A stretch of DNA of 64,000 bases from the NCBI GenBank assembly GCA_965603825.1, contig CBFDEM010000043.1, positions 434,001-498,000 of the forward strand. The letters run 5' to 3'. The DNA comes from Blepharisma stoltei ATCC 30299. Lineage: Eukaryota; Protista; Ciliophora. Both the position numbers and the translations under genes were made by a program. The notes under the pieces are model-generated. The model was not told the DNA's origin, made no database searches, and was given only the letters and a program-made list of their open reading frames with translations. Below, piece by piece: positions 58,080-64,000 of the stretch. Each line of letters opens with the position of its first letter. Within the stretch, counting starts at the first letter, position 1.

Positions 58080-61000
58080 ATGATATCGTTGCCATTATTA
58101 CTGTTCTTATCCAGGTGCCTATTTACCTATAGCTCAAGTGTTCTACCAGTATTTCCTTCAACTTATTCTCAGTATTTTGATAATTCTTCACCTCGAGTTA
58201 ATATAAGCCTTTCTGAAGCATTCCTCCTGGGCGAAGAAAACCAAGGCATATTTGGTCTTTCCCTTTGAATTAAAATAATTGATTCAACAGCAAGTGGCGA
58301 AATTTTCAAATTCGAGACAGAAAAGAGTCTTAATGAACCTAGATATTGATATCCCAATCTCCAATATTCACCGCATGGCTATTTTATTTTACAATTAATT
58401 GATAAAGAAGACACAGATATCACAATCATTTTTGTATTATTTATTTAGACCCCCTCCACAAATTGAATATTTCTAGCTTTCTCTGTCAGCTATGAAATGA
58501 AATCTTCCATTTTTTATTACAATAGTTTAGGAACAGAAATTTATAAAAGTGGAAAATATACTTCTAATTTTCCTATGAAATTTGATTCATTATTATGGAT
58601 TGGAGGACCAGGAAACATGTGTGCAAGAATTGGCGATGTTAAATTTTATAATAATATTTGCAATGATGCTGCTGATTGAAATTTAGTTGCCTTAAATTCT
58701 TGCATAGGGATAAGCTGTGCAAGTTTATATCCAAGTATTTGTTATGCTGAATGCGATCAATGGTGTAAAAGTGAATCAGAATGGTTTTTACCTTTAATAA
58801 GGCCTGTTTTAAACCCTTATATGCCTTATATTAGTATTCAGCGTAGGAGTTATGATATAAAATATGAGGATGTCTATTTTGATGTAAATATTCCTGCAAA
58901 TGGATGAAACGATTATTCAGTTACAGGTTGGGTCCAATTCCCAGTATGTCATTCTGAATTAACTACATTTTTTGAGCTCGCGAATGCGTTTGCTGTGCCA
59001 GTTTTGAATATTAGCTTGACATCTAGCTCTTTATCAAATCCTTGTGACACACTTATGGCGGCTGTTTATAATCTGAATAGCGTAAATTATGCATATAGCT
59101 CTGTGTCACTTAGCAGTTCAAGCTTTATTGGAAATTGGTTCTTTTTTGGGGCTACTGTTAATTCAGGATCAAAATTGCTTACTTTATATACTCAAAATAG
59201 CGCTAATCCACCTTCAGCTTCATTTCCTCTTATTTCTTCATCATTTGCTTATCCTTATGTAGCTGCACCGTTAACTGTTTCAATAAAGTTTTATATCGGC
59301 GAGAATGCATATTTTATAATATACCCAGGAAATTATGCGGATTTTCGGGTTTACCCTGGAAATCATATTGATACCACATTATTGCAATATAGCAATAATA
59401 TATATAGTGCTGCTACTTATATTGAACCTCACTGTTCTCTATGGGAGTCAATTTGGTATTGCAAAGCATGCGAAAATGGATATTTTATTAAAAATGGACT
59501 ATGTCAAAGTAATTCATAAGTAGAATGTCACCCTTCATGTGAGACATGCAGCTCAGATAATACAGAAACTGTGTGCTTAAGCTGTGCAAATGGATATTAT
59601 GCTCAGCCAGGCCATCCTACTATGTGCCTTGATTATTGCCCACTAGGCTATATATGGGATTCTTCTCTTAGAAAATGCACTGGTACAAAAGATACTATCG
59701 CCAACATTAATTTTGATGACAATCTATCAGGAAACTTTATTTCTTCCAATATCTACGTTGGCTTTGGCAAGGAAAAAAACTATTACCCAGATTTCGACTT
59801 TTTCGATCCTTTGCCTGCCAACAAAAGGGGTATCTATTTAGATAACGACGAGTTAACTATTACTCCAAAAGATTCTATACAGGCTGGAAGATTAGTGGGC
59901 ACTGATTTCACAATCGAAATATGAGCTATGGTTCATTCTTACGGGGATCTATATAAGGCAAGCGTAGGTCGCGCATTTATTATCAATGATCCAGTATTGA
60001 ATTATGAAAACTTCTACCAAATAATCGTTGCAGAGTTTAAAATAGATCAATATGAGAGATTATCATTTTTAGTACAAGTTATAGATTCAGAATATAAGCA
60101 TCTAAATATCGACACAGCTTGACCCACGATTATTAACTCTTTCAGTAATCCGGAATGATGCTTATATTCCCTTTCGCTATCCTACGACGATTTATCAAAA
60201 ACTACTCAAATTTTGCTTTCAACAAATACTGATCATTATATTGAGACAGTTGCAGCTTATTATAAAGAGCTCTATGGAATGAATCATTATATAGGAGATC
60301 TGCCGAGTGCAGCTCGCGGATTCTTCTATAGCTTTGCAATGTACAATTATGCAAAAACTTATAGTGAGATTCAGCTAACCTTAGGAATTTGCAGTTCCTG
60401 CTCAGCTTGCCCAGGGGTCTTGAATTATTGTTTACCGACTTGTGATAAAACAGAATATGTAGATGATAACGGAAACTGCCAAAAATGCCTAAGTTCATGC
60501 ACAGGGATATGCTCAAGAGCTGGCACTTGTAACCTCTGCTATGATGATTTGTGCTATAAATGCACCAAATATGAATCTGGGACTTGTAGCCAATGTGTTG
60601 AAAATGCGATTCTTAAAAGCGGACAGTGTGAATGCCAAAGCGGATATATAAAGCAAAGTTCTAAATGTGTAGATAAGTGTGAAGACGGGTATTACCTTGA
60701 TTTAAATACTCAATCATGTCTCAGCTGTCTATCAAATTGTTTGAAATGCAGTGAAGAAAACATTTGCACTATATGTGAAAACGATTTTGTTTTAAAAAAT
60801 GGGATCTGCGAATGCGCAGACAGCTATTTTACCGATTCTTCAAATAAATGCTCTAAATGTGATAGCCTGTGCTTAACCTGCTCAATTATTTCATCAAATT
60901 GCACATCTTGTACCCAGAGCGCTCCTATTTTATATGACACCAATAATTGCTATCCTTGCAAATCATTTGAAGGATACTCCAGCTCCTTTATTGTTTCAGC

Positions 61001-62870
61001 TAAAGATTTTTCAGACACTTTGCTATCTCAGTTATCTTCTAATTGTATTGAAATATGTGGAGATGGAAGAAATATGGGGCAAGCACAATGTGACGATGGG
61101 AATAATAACAATGGAGATGGCTGCTCATCTAATTGCACTGTAGAAACTGGATGATCTTGTAGTGGAGGAAGCACAAACTCTCTTGATATATGTAAAGATT
61201 TAATGCCGCCCTCTCCAATTCTTGCATATTTAAGTGAAAACGGCTCAGGCTATCTTCTTGTTTTATCATTCAGCGAAGCTGTATATTTCGACATTGAAAT
61301 ACCAAAAAATATTAAAATAGAAATTTCTGGAATTACAAAATTTATATGGTCAATTTCTTTGAAAAATTCTATATATATTATTACATTGGAAATTTATGAA
61401 AATGTTGCTAGTGGGACAAGTGTAATTGTAAATTTTATAGACCCAAGCTCAGTTGTAGATTTAAATGGGAATGTAATGCAAGAAAGCTACGCTCAAACCA
61501 AATTGGCTACTTCATTTACTTATCAGTTAGGTCAGTTAATGGAGACGTCTGTAACTACTGTTACCACATCTGCAACTGTTGGAGCTGTTGTTGGGTCTAT
61601 ATCATCAGGCATGACTCTTGGGATGTTTAATCTTCAAGCATTGTGGGGTATGGTTGAAATGATGCAAATTCAGTATTATTTAATATTTTTGTCGCCAAAA
61701 TATCCTGATAATCTTTTATCATATATCAGTGCTCTTAGCATAGCAAATGGAAATTTCTTGCCAAACCCTTTCCAAAAATATTTAATCAAGAGAGATCCAT
61801 TTCCTGATCCTCCTGAAAGATTTATAGAAGAAAACTTTAATACTGATTTTATTATGAATGCTGGACAATTTTTGCTAGTTTGGTTTCTCATTTTGATAGG
61901 TCTTCCGATAGTTTTGCTTTTTTTAAAACTTTTTCCAAAAGTTTCAATATTTAGGTGGCTTAAAAGATCGTATTTATTCTCAATCTTACTAAGAATAGGA
62001 ATCGAGTCATTTTTAGAAATCACTCTCTCAGTTTTTCTCCAGTGAAGAGAAATCTCAGAACCAAATCAAAATATAGGCTACCTCTCATTGATTTTAAGTT
62101 TTATTACTATGGCTTATCTAATACTAACATTTTTGCTTATTATTTGGCAAGTTACGCTGAAGTCAGAGGAGGAGCTTACTACAGAGGTTCATGAAGTACG
62201 ATTTGGCACATTATATGAGGGCTTTAAAACTAGCTCAAAACTAACAGCATCATTCCTTTTATTACAAAATGCACGCAGAGTGCTCTTTGCTATTTTTTGT
62301 GTATTTTTATATGAGTATACAATTATTCAAGTTACACTTTCAGCTGTCTTATCATTTATCTATACAATTTCATTAGTTCTATTAAGACCTTTCAAATCAA
62401 AAATTTTAGGCAATGGTCTCCACATATCTAGCGAATTTTGCTATTTTTCTGCACATTGTATGATACTTAAGTTTTTAGATGACCAATTATCTGACAACGA
62501 CAGGGTAAGGCTAGGCTGAATCGTTATTGCTCTATTATGTTTTTCTGTGATGCTTCATATATTTGCGCTTTTTATAACACAGATTATTAGCATTATCCAA
62601 GGAATTAAGCATCTTAAAAACAATTTTATGAAAAATTTTGCTAATAAATTTGTGCACATTGGAAAGTCAAATTTAAAGTCTATTATATTAGATAATAAAG
62701 TTTCACCAAAAAATCAGGAAAATGAAAGTGAAAGTTTTACTAAAAGGAAAAGAAAGCATATAGAAATTAAAGATGAAATCCACTCATTTAGAAAGACCAA
62801 AATTGTCCCAATTGATGAAAGTTTATATACAGATACTATGGGCGATGAATTTTTCACAAGGAAAGAATAG
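58080..62870 (+). CDS. Giant receptor-like membrane protein, copy 2 (~1586 aa), tandem paralog
   Basis: Nine track ORFs share one frame, joined by TGA=W and two 15-nt introns; colinear with copy 1; ends TAG. Confidence 0.88.
58434..58448 (+). other. 15-nt spliceosomal intron GTATTATTTATTTAG
   Basis: Followed by TPSTNW(TGA)IF, matching TISTNWIF after the paralog intron. Confidence 0.9.
59509..59523 (+). other. 15-nt spliceosomal intron GTAATTCATAAGTAG
   Basis: Removal yields CQ-K-CHPSC, as in copy 1. Confidence 0.92.
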
Positions 62871-64000
62871 ATTATGTTTGGTTATTAAAATAATCATTAT
62901 ATTTCATTTTTAATTTAGCCTATTATTTGAATACTCTTGTAGTTTGGGTATTAAAGAATATGACCTTTTGTATAAAAATTGGCAGACTATTTGTGTATTT
63001 TTATATTTCCTTATTGGAAAAGAGATTCATTTCTTCAGATTAATTGTTTATTATTTTCCAAGAAAATATTATTTATAGGTAAGAGTGATGGATTAATAAA
63101 ATAATAATTTGAAGTTATTAGATATATTTTTCAAAATATATGCTGAATCCTACTTGTAGCTATTTTAAAATATCCACAATAATTAAGATAAAACAGATTC
63201 TAAAAAATATTTTAATATATATTTCTTCTCCTATTTCTTAATTTTTCCCCAATAATTCTTAAATTAATATTTGTACTTGTTTAAACTTATCTGATTCTAG
63301 TTTTACAATTATTTGTATCAGCTAGCATTCAAAAGTGAGGTTTCACATCCAAATAATTTTTCAAATTGCATCTCTTAATCGAAAACTTTGGATAAATCTA
63401 GCGCAAGCTCTTTGGTAGCTATTCAATATCTCATTGGGCTTTGATTCTGATTTCTTCAATTAAATCCATGTTAAGTTTCAAAATAAAAGCTTGATTAAAA
63501 AAAATTACTATAAAATAATAATTTTTTTAAAATTTTTGCCCGCTCACTAAGGAACTGAGCCTCAAATACAGCATCACTCTTTAAAGTTATCGACTTGGAC
63601 ATATCCTATGTCAATTTTTTATATTGTATTGCATGCTAAACTTTAATCTCTAAAAAATTTAAATGGCTAATACTCATACAATCTTTTAAACTCAGCTTGG
63701 CTTCACTCTCTATACCATCTCTCTGCTTGAAGAGGCCCTGTGGGTATAGCTAAAGATGGACTGAAACTATTTAAATTGCAGGCAAGCCTCCCTTAGATTA
63801 TCGACTTCTACCAAATACCTCTCATATATTTTTAGCAATTATGAACTTTAGATTTTGATAACCTTCATGCTAATTTTCCCTCTAATTAATATTAAAAATA
63901 TATCTAAATAATATTAATTGCATGGCTGTATGCGTATTTCTTTTAGTCTTTTTGTCTCAAACTGCATCAAGCTCTGATATCGTATCAATATTTCCACCGT

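Noticed and set aside
1358-62023. Many antisense or alternate-frame ORFs in the track (e.g. 1358-1708, 5139-5582, 15476-17272 set, 20488-20949, 39996-40316, 44233-44601, 61676-62023)
   Set aside because: They are shadows of well-supported genes on the opposite strand or frame, with Ser/Phe/Leu-rich composition and no motifs.
982-62870. Widespread pseudogenisation or selenocysteine as the explanation for in-frame TGA
   Set aside because: TGA maps to conserved Trp rather than Cys, aligns to TGG in paralogs, and occurs in ordinary housekeeping genes without other lesions.
11771-62870. TAG=Gln, TAR=Gln or fully ambiguous stop codes of other ciliates
   Set aside because: TAG and TAA terminate genes at expected C-termini (DNAAF6, RPS8, GRP94) and occur internally only within 15-nt introns or after a frameshift.
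35747-62992. 13-nt inverted match AAATAGTCTGCCA / TGGCAGACTATTT as terminal inverted repeats
   Set aside because: Matches of this length are expected by chance in 64 kb of AT-rich DNA; no transposase or target-site duplication.
1-64000. Mycoplasma-like bacterial or mitochondrial origin (these also use UGA=Trp)
   Set aside because: Gene content is nuclear eukaryotic (kinesin, GRP94, RPS8, DNAAF6, RPA12) with GT-AG introns; no operons or CRISPR arrays.

Overview
AT-rich, gene-dense eukaryotic DNA, almost certainly a heterotrich ciliate macronuclear contig (Blepharisma-like). Two features explain why the supplied ORF track is fragmented. (1) TGA encodes Trp while TAA/TAG remain stops: TGA sits at invariant Trp positions of Myb, FYVE, ASCH, AKR, ABHD and OSCA domains and aligns to TGG between paralogs. 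(2) Spliceosomal introns are only 15 nt (eight found, consensus GTAwNNNNTANNTAG, each carrying an in-frame stop). Re-read this way, about 45 genes fill the window. They include a C2H2 ZF, an ABHD hydrolase, a tandemly duplicated class IV sirtuin (copy 2 frameshifted), a Reb1/TTF1-like Myb, kinesin-12, a HemD-like protein, AKR, GRP94, a Kelch protein, SEC12, LAMTOR3, OSCA/TMEM63, reticulon, DNAAF6, PET127, a three-repeat secreted protein, glutaminyl cyclase, a START protein, RPA12, ASC-1/TRIP4, a SABATH methyltransferase, a GDPGP1/VTC2-like protein, a beta-hydroxyacid dehydrogenase, a FYVE protein, RPS8, and a tandem pair of ~1600-aa LamG/Cys-rich/multipass receptor-like proteins. I saw no rRNA, tRNA, CRISPR array, telomere or intact transposon. 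The code and intron architecture are known for Blepharisma/Stentor relatives, so they are not new as a class. The best novelty candidates are the receptor-like pair, the SABATH enzyme, the repeat secreted protein, the motif-altered enzymes, the UGA-rich Myb gene and the extreme gene packing.
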